From the NCBI RefSeq assembly GCF_006345805.1, contig NW_021833644.1:1-57313 (forward strand): a stretch of DNA of 57,313 bases. The letters are read 5' to 3'. Shown here piece by piece: positions 1 to 10,947 of this stretch (positions are counted from its first letter, which is position 1; each line of letters starts with the position of its first letter). Origin of the DNA: Octopus sinensis (Eukaryota). The translations under genes and the position numbers were made by a program. Below the pieces are notes generated by a model that did not search any database, was not told the origin of the DNA, and saw only the letters and a list, made by a program, of their open reading frames with translations.

Positions 1-437
1 TGTGAATGATGTAGTAGAAGTAGGAGAGAGAGTGAGAGTGAGAGAGAGGAGAGAGAGAGAGACATGAGAAGCATCAGAAAGAAGAGGGAGGAGGAAAGAA
101 AAAAAAACACAGAAGAAATTTTACAATAATTTCAAAGAAAGCAAAAAAAAATTTAAAGAAATAGATAAATAAATAAAAATTTAAAATAATAATAGTAATA
201 ATAATACTAATAATAACAACAACAATTATAGTAATGTTGATAAAACACCAATAATGACTGCAGCAGCAACGACGATGACGACGACAACAACAACAACAAC
301 AACAAGAGGAATGAAGAGGAGGAAGAAGCGGAGGAAGAAGAAAAAGAAGGAAAAGATGAAAGTGAAAGTAATTTAAATTTAGAGAAAAAAGAATTTAAGA
401 AGCAAAAGAAAATGTATGTATGTATATATATATATAT

Positions 438-476
<39 letters not shown>

Positions 477-506
477 TTTAGTTAGCTACATGTATATGTA
501 GAAAGG

Positions 507-544
<38 letters not shown>

Positions 545-700
545 TACACATTACTCATGTATGTATATATATATAAAATCACATATGTATATACATACAT
601 ACGGACATACTTATGTAGATTTAATTTTATGTGCGCACATAATACATACATATATATGTATATCAATATATATATATAGGTTTGTGTGTATATGGTTATA

Positions 701-749
<49 letters not shown>

Positions 750-866
750 ATATACCAAATCCCCAAATGAAATGTATATATATATATATATATATACACA
801 CAAACACATACGTGTATATATTTTCACACATACAAATATTTACATATGTATGTATAAACACACACG

Positions 867-916
<50 letters not shown>

Positions 917-1076
917 ATGTATGTACACATGTATGTTTACATAGCCAGTTTCACAGAGATCACGCATTTGTAATGAAAACCCAAAACGCACGCATGCATG
1001 CATTCAATGGTGCACAATAAGTGAAGAGAGAAAGACGGGGAAAAAAAGAAAGCAAAGGAGCAAAAAAAAAGGAGAG

Positions 1077-1175
1077 AAGGGGAGGTAATAGCAAGGGGAG
1101 GTAATAGTAAGGGGAGGTAATAGCAAGGGGAGGTAATAGTAAGGGGAGGTAATAGTAAGGGGAGGTAATAGTAAT
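1077..1175 (+). repeat. 16-bp minisatellite (AAGGGGAGGTAATAGY) x6
   Basis: Tandem copies visible directly. Confidence 0.9.
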
Positions 1176-1236
1176 AACAACAACAAGTGGAATAGTAAGA
1201 GGACAAGTAGGAGGAAAGGAGAGAAAAATGTGGCAC

Positions 1237-1277
1237 CATTCGTATTGGGGTGGGGTGGGGTTTTTTTGAAAGGATGG
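1237..1277 (-). CDS. Possible further NFI exon ((T)ILSKKPHPTPIRM)
   Basis: Good pyrimidine tract and tgcacAG| acceptor, phase 1 compatible with the 24923 donor. The donor (ATG|GTGCCA) is weak and the sequence is low complexity. Confidence 0.2.
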
Positions 1278-1592
1278 CTGTGCATTTGAAAGATGTTGAA
1301 AAGAAGAAGAGAAGAAGCAGAAGCAGAAGGTAAAAAAAAACCAAAAAAAAAAAAAACAGAAAAAACAAACAAAAAAACAAGAGCAGCGAATAACAAGAAC
1401 AACAACAGCGATAAATAACATGAACAGAAATAAAGGAAGGCGTTAGAATATGGGGGTAGGGAGGGAGGGAGGGAGGGAGGAAGGGGAGTGAGAGGGAGGG
1501 AGTGAGGAAGAGCGAGAGAGAAAGACAGGGAAAGGAGGGGAACGGGTATTGGGCAAGAGTACGTATGCAAATGTGCATGTGTGTGTGTGTGT

Positions 1593-1628
<36 letters not shown>

Positions 1629-1990
1629 CATATATATATACACACACACACATGTATATATGCATATATTTATATATACATTTATGTACATGCACATAAT
1701 GTACATATATATGCCATACACACAAACACACATATGCATATACTTTGTACAATTATATATATATATAATATATATATATATATGTAATATATGCAATTGA
1801 ATAAATGACAAAGAACATGAAATTATGCAATGATCTCCATTGGCTTACAGCTGTTTCTGCTATTGGGTTCAGTGCTCAGAGCTGAGTGTTTGTGCATCAC
1901 CTAGCTTCCTAATCTATATAAAGGTTCATCATGTGTCACACACACAAACACATCATATATATGTATATACATACATACATACATACATAT

Positions 1991-2035
<45 letters not shown>

Positions 2036-2094
2036 AGAGTCTTGTAGTTGACTTGAAGCATTGTGTATTGTTTGTGCAATGTAACGCGTCTCGT

Positions 2095-2342
2095 ATGGCA
2101 CAATAATGTAGAGTGTACTATATAATATAATAGCTGTTATAATTTAATTATCCATAGTCTGATAAAATAATATTTCGGAATATAAAAATTCTTTCTTCAG
2201 ATATCATGAGGAAATGATCAGTGGTTCGCTCAGATCAATTCCTAGCAATACCTGAAGAAGGAATTTTTATATTCCGAAATAATATTTTATGGATAATTAA
2301 ATTCTAACAGTTATTATAGTCCACTCTGTATTGTTGTGCCAT
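2095..2342. repeat. Inverted repeat with a hammerhead-like core in each arm
   Basis: 2095-2200 is an imperfect reverse complement of 2252-2342. Each arm reads CTGAAGA-A-(G/A)GAAT..ATTC(C)-GAAA. Confidence 0.75.
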
Positions 2343-2372
2343 TCAAGACATGTTATATTTCATGTATATATC

Positions 2373-2402
<30 letters not shown>

Positions 2403-2405
<3 letters not shown>

Positions 2406-2736
2406 CTGTGTGGTAAGTAGCTCGCTTACCAACCACATGGTCATGGGTTCAGTCCCACTGCGTGGCACCTTGGCCAAGTGTCTTCTACTATAGCCTCGGG
2501 CCAAACAAAGCCTTGTGAGTGGATTTGGTAGACGGAAACTGAAAAGAAGCCCGTCATGTATATGTTTGTGTGTCTGTGTTTGTCCCTCTAGCATTGCTTG
2601 ACAACCGATGCTGGTGTGTTTACGTCCCCGTAACTTAGTGGTTCAGCAAAAGAGACCGATAGAATAAGTACTAGGCTTACAAAGAGTAAGTCCTGGGGTC
2701 AATTTGCTTGACTAAAAGCGGTTCTCCAGCATGGCC
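2403..2736 (+). mobile_element. tRNA-derived SINE, family A (octopus type)
   Basis: A/B-box-like head TGGCTGTGTGGTAA...GGTTCAGTCCC and a CORE-like CTTGG(G/C)CAAGT segment; more than 10 copies in the window. Confidence 0.85.
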
Positions 2737-2743
2737 ATATATA

Positions 2744-3130
2744 TACTCTTACTCTTTTACTTGTTTCAGTCATTTGACTGTGGCCATGCTGGAGCACCGC
2801 CTTTAGTCGATCACCTCGACCCTGGAACTTATTCTTTGTAAGCCCAGTACTTATTCTATTGGTCTCTTTTGCCGAACCACTAGGTGGTGGGGACGTAGAC
2901 ACACCAGCATCGGTTGTCAAGCAATGCTAGGGGGACAAACACAGACACACAAACATATATATATATACGACAGGCTTCTTTCAGTTTCCATCTACCAAAT
3001 CCACTCACAAGGCATTGGTCGGCCCGGGGCTATAGCAGAAGACACTTGCCCAAGATGCCACGCAATGGGACTGAACCCGGAACCAAGTGGTTGGTTAGCA
3101 AGTTACTTACCACACAGCCACTCCTGCGCC
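2744..3130 (-). mobile_element. SINE family A, inverted relative to the adjacent copy
   Basis: Reverse complement of family A, ending CTCCTGCGCC. Confidence 0.85.
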
Positions 3131-3520
3131 TATATATATATTTTATTTTTATTTTATTTTATCTAGTTTCAGCTCACGAGCTGTGGCCATGCTGGGGCAC
3201 TGCCATATATATATAATGTATAATAAAATGAATAGTTTACACTTGGTAGCTTACTGGTAAACACAGCCATTGTCACAGTGATTATGCATATGCTGGATGT
3301 GTTGCAACAATTGTTGTAATTAATAATTAATTCTTGCATATTCCGTCTTCCATTTGCCTCACACACACACATTCTGTATTATATAAATCCACCTATTTCT
3401 GGGAGTAGCTTTTATCCTTCAAGCTTTGTTGAATTTCTTAGGTATTTTTATATTTCTTGACAGTGGTCTGCCCTATGTATGTAAACTCTTTCCCAAATAA
3501 GCTTGCATTTCATTTTTGGA

Positions 3521-3600
3521 AGCTCTGAGGAAGTTACAGTGTAATGCTCAAGCACGTGTCTCCAAGCAGCCTGTATCTTACTCCGAAACAGCTGTAAGCT
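3521..3600 (+). ncRNA. Minimal type I hammerhead ribozyme motif
   Basis: AGCU-CUGAGGA-(stem II with UACAG/CUGUA and UGCU/AGCA)-GAAA-CAGCUG-UA-AGCU. Confidence 0.65.
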
Positions 3601-4144
3601 AAATAAGCTCATTGCACAATTTTCCTGTTCCTTTGTCATTTATTGAATTTCATATATTTATATACACACAGAAATAAATGTTGTCATACACACGCACTCA
3701 CACACATAAGTATCTATCCACCGAATGTGAACACAGATTGAACAAATACAATGAATACACACACACACACACTGTCTCATATACACACTCTCATATACAC
3801 ACTCTCATATATACACTCTCTGATAGATCCACTAAAAATGGAGGAGAATGAAAGCCAAAATAACTATATATCCTGAAGATGAGGCTGAGAAAGCCAGGGA
3901 AAGTTGATAGAAATGCATTTGGGAACTTTGTTCTTCCAAATGAACTACACATATCTGATGTGTAGATATGAAGAAACTCCATTGAGATAAGATTAGATTA
4001 AAATATAGTTCTTTCAACACACACACACACACACACACAGTTGTTACAGTGTTTGGTGGAGGAAAGACTAATGTGAACATAGAGAAGAGGAAGAAAGATG
4101 CTGCTGTGTTTGTGTGTATTAAAGGAATTACAAATTCACCTAAT

Positions 4145-4225
4145 TAGCTTACAGCAGTTTCTGCTATGGGATGCAGTGCACTCAGTTGAGTGTTTGTGCA
4201 TCATCTTACTGCTTCTTCAGAGCCA
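4145..4225 (-). ncRNA. Minimal type I hammerhead motif (decayed paralogue at 1841-1915)
   Basis: UGGCU-CUGAAGA-(GAUG/CAUC and UGCAC/GUGCA)-GAAA-CUGCUG-UA-AGCUA. Confidence 0.6.
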
Positions 4226-4713
4226 TTAAAAATACTGAAGTGTAGTTATATTGAATTCTAACAGCAGATTATATCACTATGCCTTAACAAAAACTTCATA
4301 TATATATATAAATACACATACATATTGGGTGGAGGAGAGGGGGAGAGAGACAGAGATTTCCATGCATTTAACCAAAGGCAAAAAACAAAAGGTGAGAGCA
4401 AGTGAAATTATTGTAAATCTGAATTAAACAGGATAAACACACAAGAGATTATAAGAAACCAAGACACATTAAATATATAGAAAATAAACACAACACATGT
4501 ATGTATACACATATATAAATTTATATGTGTATATAAGTATGTATGTATAAAATCTTCAACAGAACCCACCAAGTAATGATATTCTGAATGCTCATGAGAT
4601 TATTGACAAAAATTCTTCATTTGCAGAGTAATTCAGGCAAAAATCTCTCACGAAATACATCTTCGCTTTGTCTTACAACCACAAGAAATATGGACATAAA
4701 AAAAATATATATG

Positions 4714-5118
4714 GGCGCAGGAGTGGCTGTGTGGTAAGTAGCTTGTTTACCAACCACATGGTTCCGGGTTCAGTCTCACTGTGTGGCACCTTGGGCAAGT
4801 GTCTTCTACTATAGCCTCGGGCCGACCAAAGCCTTGTGAGTGGATTTGGTAGATGGAAACTGAAAGAAGCCTGTCGTATATATGTATATATATATATATG
4901 TATGTGTGTGTGTTTGTGTGTCTGTGTTTGTCCCCCTAGCATTGCTTGACAACCGATGCTGGTATGTTTATGTCCCCGTTACTTAGCGGTTCGGCAAAAG
5001 AGACCGATAGAATAAGTACTGGGCTTACAAAAAGAATAAGTCCCGGGGTCGAGTTGCTCGATTAAAAAGGCGGTGCTCCAGCATGGCCGCAGTCAAATGA
5101 CTGAAACAAGTAAAAGAG
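4714..5118 (+). mobile_element. SINE family A, full length
   Basis: GGCGCAGGAGTGGCTGTGTGG head through GACTGAAACAAGTAAAAGAG tail, with an internal (TA)/(TG) tract. Confidence 0.9.
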
Positions 5119-5459
5119 AAAAAGAGATAAAGAAATTAAAAAAATTGATTCTTGGGTGTCAGGCGGCTGTGCGTAAGATAACTGGTAAGGCAGGCCCCTC
5201 CCGTCGGACCCAGGCACCCACTAACTGCCACTCTCTCTCTCACTCAGTCACTTTCAAGCATGTTATGTTTGAATGTAAATAGTGTTGGAAAATATAAATC
5301 CGACCTGTAACCGTATCAGTTTATGACTTGTCAGTCACAATGGAATTTGGTCATAAGTCGAGGAGAAGGTGTATATATATGTGTATACATATGTGTGTGT
5401 GTGTGTATATATACATATATATATATATATATTATATATATATATATATTATATATATA

Positions 5460-5823
5460 GGCGCAGGAGTGGCTGTGTGGTAAGTAGCTTGCTAACCAAC
5501 CACATGGTTCTGGGTTCAGTCCCACTGCGTGGCACCTTGGGCAAGTGTCTTCTGAGTGAATTTGGTAGACGGAAACTGAAAGAAGCCCGTCGTATATATG
5601 TATATATATATATATGTTTGCGTGTCTGTGTTTGTGTTCCCAACATCGCTTGACAACCGATGGTGGTGTGTTTTACGTCTCGGTAACTTAGCGGTTCGGC
5701 AAAAAGAGAATGATAGAATAAGTACTGGGCTTACAAAGAATAAGTCCTGGGGTCGATTTTTGCTCGACTAAAGGCTGTGCTCCAGCATGGCCGCAGTCAA
5801 ATGACTGAAACAAGTAAAAGAGT
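5460..5823 (+). mobile_element. SINE family A with internal deletion
   Basis: Same head and tail; flanked by (TA)n. Confidence 0.9.
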
Positions 5824-6245
5824 ATATATATATATATATATCAGAGGTGACCCCAGGTCATCAGTATCACTCAGGTTCATCACAGATTTCACATAAGACA
5901 TGTGCCTGCTTGAAGAATTTCATGCTTTCCCACAATATTTCTAGCTCCAAATGGCTTATTTTTCATATCTGGCAATAAATCTTTCTCTATTTCTAAGTTA
6001 AGGGTCAAAATAAAGGGATCTTTTTGGTTTGAATGGCAGTTTTTAACATAATTTCCACATAACTAAAAAATTTTAAACTTCATATACTGGTAGAATGTTT
6101 TTATAAAACATCTTTTTCTCTTGGCTTTATTGAGAAAATTCTATAGTTTGTAAGATATTTATTGTTTTTTTTCTTCAATTTCAACCAATCAATGACGTCT
6201 ATTGAGGTGTCCCTCGTTTAAGAAACAGATTGGGTTTATTTACAT

Positions 6246-9200
6246 TGTAGAGGTCTCTCTTATTGGCTCGTATACATAAGACAGTACAGCATGACTTGAG
6301 GGAGATTTGACCGCTATTTCTACCATGTAGAGGTCTCCCCTATTGGCTCATATACATACGACAATACAGTGTGACTTGAGGGAGATTTGACAACTATTTC
6401 TACCATGTAGAGGTCTCCCCTATTGGCTCATATACATATGACAATACAGCGTGACTTGAGGGAGATTTGACAGCTATTTCTACCATGTAGAGGTCTCCCC
6501 TATTGGCTCATATACATACGACAATACAGTGTGACTTGAGGGAGATTTGACAGCTATTTCTACCATGTAGAGGTCTCCCCTATTGCCTCATATACATACG
6601 ACAATACAGTGTGACTTGAGGGAGATTTGACAGCTATTTCTACCATGTAGAGGTTTCCCCTATTGGCTCATATACATAAAACAGTACAGTGTGACTTGAG
6701 GGAGATTTGACAGCTATTTCTACCACGTAGAGGTCTCCCCTATTGGCTCATATACATAAAACAGTACAGTGTGACTTGAGGGAGATTTGACAGCTATTTC
6801 TACCATGTAGAGGTCTCTCCTTTTGGCTCATATACATACGACAATACAGTGTGACTTGAGGGAGATTTGACAGCTATTTCTACCATGTAGAGGTCTCTCC
6901 TTTTGGCTCATATACATACGACAATACAGTGTGACTTGAGGGAGATTTGACAGCTATTTCTACCATGTAGAGGACTTCCCTATTGGCTCATATACATACG
7001 ACAATACAGTGTGACTTGAGGGAGATTTGACAGCTATTTCTACCACGTAGAGGTCTCCCCTATTGGCTCATATACATACGACAGTACAGCGTGACTTGAG
7101 GGAGATTTGACAGCTATTTCTACCACGTAGAGGTCTCCCCTATTGGCTCATATACATATGACAATACAGCGTGACTTGAGGGAGATTTGACAGCTATTTC
7201 TACCATGTAGAGGTCTCCCCTATTGGCTCATATACATATGACAATACAGTTTGACTTGAGGGAGATTTGACAGCTATTTCTACCACATAGAGGTCTCCCC
7301 TATTGGCTCATATACATACGACAGTACAGCGTGACTTGAGGGAGATTTGACAGCTATTTCTACCATGTAGAGGTTTCCCCTATTGGCTCATATACATAAA
7401 ACAGTACAGTGTGACTTGAGGGAGATTTGACAGCTATTTCTACCACGTAGAGGTCTCCCCTATTGGCTCATATACATAAAACAGTACAGTGTGACTTGAG
7501 GGAGATTTGACAGCTATTTCTACCATGTAGAGGTCTCCCCTATTGGCTCATATACAGACGACAGTACAGCATGACTTGAGGGAGATTTGACAGCTATTTC
7601 TACCATGTAGAGGTCTCCCCTATTGGTTCATATACATATGACAATACAGTTTGACTTGAGGGAGATTTGACAGCTATTCTACCATGTAGAGGTCTCCCCT
7701 ATTGGCTCATATACATACGACAGTACAGCGTGACTTGAGGGAGATTTGACAGCTATTTCTACCATGTAGAGGTTTCCCCTATTGGCTCATATACATAAAA
7801 CAGTACAGTGTGACTTGAGGGAGATTTGACAGCTATTTCTACCACGTAGAGGTCTCCCCTATTGGCTCATATACATACAACAGTACAGCGTGACTTGAGG
7901 GAGATTTGACAGCTATTTCTACCACGTAGAGGTCTCCCCTATTGGCTCATATACATACGACAGTACAGCATGACTTGAGGGAGATTTGACAGCTATTTCT
8001 ACCATGTAGAGGTTTCCCCTATTGGCTCATATACATAAAACAGTACAGTGTGACTTGAGGGAGATTTGACAGCTATTTCTACCACGTAGAGGTCTCCCCT
8101 ATTGGCTCATATACATAAAACAGTACAGTGTGACTTGAGGGAGATTTGACAGCTATTTCTAGCACGTAGAGGTCTCCCCTATTGGCTCATATACATACGA
8201 CAGTACAGCGTGACTTGAGGGAGATTTGACAGCTATTTCTACCATGTAGAGGTTTCCCCTATTGGCTCATATACATAAAACAGTACAGTGTGACTTGAGG
8301 GAGATTTGACAGCTATTTCTACCACGTAGAGGTCTCGCCTATTGGCTCATATACATAAAACAGTACAGTGTGACTTGAGGGAGATTTGACAGCTATTTCT
8401 ACCATGTAGAGGTCTCTCCTTTCGGCTCATATACATACGACAATACAGTGTGACTTGAGGGAGATTTGACAGCTATTTCTACCATGTAGAGGTCTCTCCT
8501 TTTGGCTCATATACATACAACAGTACAGCGTGACTTGAGGGAGATTTGACAGCTATTTCTACCATGTAGAGGTCTCCCCTATTGGCTCATATACATACGA
8601 CAGTACAGCGTGACTTGAGGGAGATTTGACAGCTATTTCTACCATGTAGAGGTTTCCCCTATTGGCTCATATACATAAAACAGTACAGCGTGACTTGAGG
8701 GAGATTTGACAGCTATTTCTACCATGTAGAGGTCTCCCCTATTGGCTCATATACATATGACAATACAGTTTGACTTGAGGGAGATTTGACAGCTATTTCT
8801 ACCACGTAGAGGTCTCCCCTATTGGCTCATATACATACGACAGTACAGCGTGACTTGAGGGAGATTTGACAGCTATTTCTACCATGTAGAGGTTTCTCCT
8901 ATTGGCTCATATACATAAAACAGTACAGTGTGACTTGAGGGAGATTTGACAGCTATTTCTACCACGTAGAGGTCTCCCCTATTGGCTCATATACATACGA
9001 CAGTACAGCGTGACTTGAGGGAGATTTGACAGCTATTTCTACCATGTTGAGGTTTCCCCTATTGGCTCATATACATAAAACAGTACAGTGTGACTTGAGG
9101 GAGATTTGACAGCTATTTCTACCATGTAGAGGTCTCTCCTTTTGGCTCATATACATACGACAATACAGTGTGACTTGAGGGAGATTTGACAGCTATTTCT

Positions 9201-9337
9201 ACCATGTAAAGGTCTCTCCTTTTGGCTCATATACATAAGACAATACAGTGTGACTTGAGGGAGATTTGACAGCTATTTCTACCATGTAGAGGTCTCTCCT
9301 TTTGGCTCATGCACATAAGACAGTAAAGGGAGATTTC
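6246..9337. repeat. 80-bp minisatellite, ~39 copies
   Basis: Unit TACCATGTAGAGGTCTCCCCTATTGGCTCATATACATACGACAATACAGTGTGACTTGAGGGAGATTTGACAGCTATTTC; 80-bp period with one 1-bp deletion near 7678. Confidence 0.98.
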
Positions 9338-9705
9338 GTTGCAATTCCTGCCAGACCAGTCTACCACATAAATGTTTCCTTTGTTGACTCAATGCAGTTT
9401 GTTAAGTTGCAGTTCCACCCTAAACAGACAACATAATGAAAGCCTTTCCAGGCATGCCCATCCTGTATTCCCTCAAAAATTCAAATATACTCCATTATAA
9501 AAAATCTTTCAGCGGTGGTGCCCCAGCATGGCCGCGGCCTTCGGGCTAAAACATTTTTAAGGATTTAAGGATTTATATATGCAAGTCACCAACAAATACA
9601 ACTGATGAAATATCTCTGGAAAATGCATGAACATCACAACATCTGTTGTGCTCTCCAGTCTCATCCCATCTCTTCATTTTCACCCACTTATTTTCTGGAG
9701 GGTTT

Positions 9706-10915
9706 TGGTAGCTGAGTCCTTAATCAGGCTTTCCATCAGGTCCTGTCAAAAGCAACTGTCTCCAATTAATCCGGCTGAGCCCTCAAGTGAGAATAATCCA
9801 GATCATGGATGTTATCCAACCATCTCGCTCATGGTCTATACTTAGGACCCCTGCCGGCCAGTTTAGCCTATGAAACCTGACCAATGATTACTTCCAGAGA
9901 CATTCTTACCACATGTCTGTAATGTCGGAGATATTGTCTCTCAATTTTGAGAGGTAGCGGAATCCTTAACCAGGCTTTCCATCAGGTCTTATTAGAAGCG
10001 ACTGTCTCCAATTGCTCCAGCTGGGCCTTCAAGCAAGAATAACCAAGCTCATGGATGTCATCCAACCATCTTGTGCATGGTCTATTCTTAGACCTCCTAC
10101 CAGCTGTTTTAGCCCATAAAACTTGCTCAGTGATTTCTTCCAGGGGCATTCATTACCACATATCCATAGTATTGGAGCCGTTCTCTCACAATTCAGGGAG
10201 GGAGCAGAGTCCTTAATCAGGCTTTCCATTAGGTCTTGTCAGAACCAGCCACCTCCAATTGATCCAGCTGAATCCACAAATGAAAAAAAAATCTAGCCCA
10301 TGGATGTTATGCAACCATTTTGTTCATGGTCTAATCTTTGATCTCATGCCAGTTGTTTTAACCAATAAAACCTGCCCAGTCTGTGGTCTCTCAATTCAGA
10401 GAGGTAGCAGAGTCCTTAACCATGCTTTCCTGTAAAAAGCAATTCATCTGGCTGGGCCATCAAGATGGTTATCCAAACATCTCACTCATGGTCTATTCTT
10501 TGATCTCCTGCCAGTTGATTTAACCCATTTACCACATGTCTGTCATCTTGCAATTCAGAGAGGTAGCAGAGTCCTTAACCATGCTTTCCTGTCAAAAGCA
10601 ATTGACCCAGCTGGGCCTGCAAGATGGTTATCCAACCATTTTGTTCATGGTTTATTCTTAGATTGCGCGCCAGCTCATTTAACCCATAAAACCTGCACAG
10701 TGATTGCTTCCAGAGACATTCTTACTACATATTTGTAGTATAGGAGCTATTGTCTCTCAATTCGGAAGGGTAGCAGCTCATCCTCAAGCGCCTTCTTCCT
10801 TGCAAGCTACACGCTTTCTCAAGTAATGAAGACCCTTCAGAAGAACCTCATTTCGGCTGCTTGCATTCATGACTAAATTCCTTCAGAGAATTTGAACATT
10901 CCAAAAAGCTGTTCA
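9706..10915 (-). mobile_element. RTE-clade LINE 3' end, tandemly amplified ~5x (up to ~247-bp units)
   Basis: Repeat units start near 9706, 9953, 10200, 10402 and 10561. The minus strand encodes degenerate QAAEMRF...RIERQ motifs typical of RTE C-termini. Confidence 0.7.
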
Positions 10916-10947
10916 TGTTTTCCTTTCTTTGAAGAGGTGCAGACATA

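Noticed and set aside
478-1811. YIYI/CVCV-rich ORFs here and throughout the ORF track
   Set aside because: Translations of TA/TG microsatellites.
2914-3216. Recurrent ORF ...[22 protein letters not shown]... as a gene family
   Set aside because: It is the antisense translation of SINE family A.
3866-3990. Additional hammerhead starting CUGAAGA at 3873
   Set aside because: No valid UH triplet or stem III could be placed after the downstream GAAA.
6246-9337. CRISPR array
   Set aside because: The variable halves are alleles of one sequence rather than unique spacers; there are no cas genes and the context is eukaryotic.
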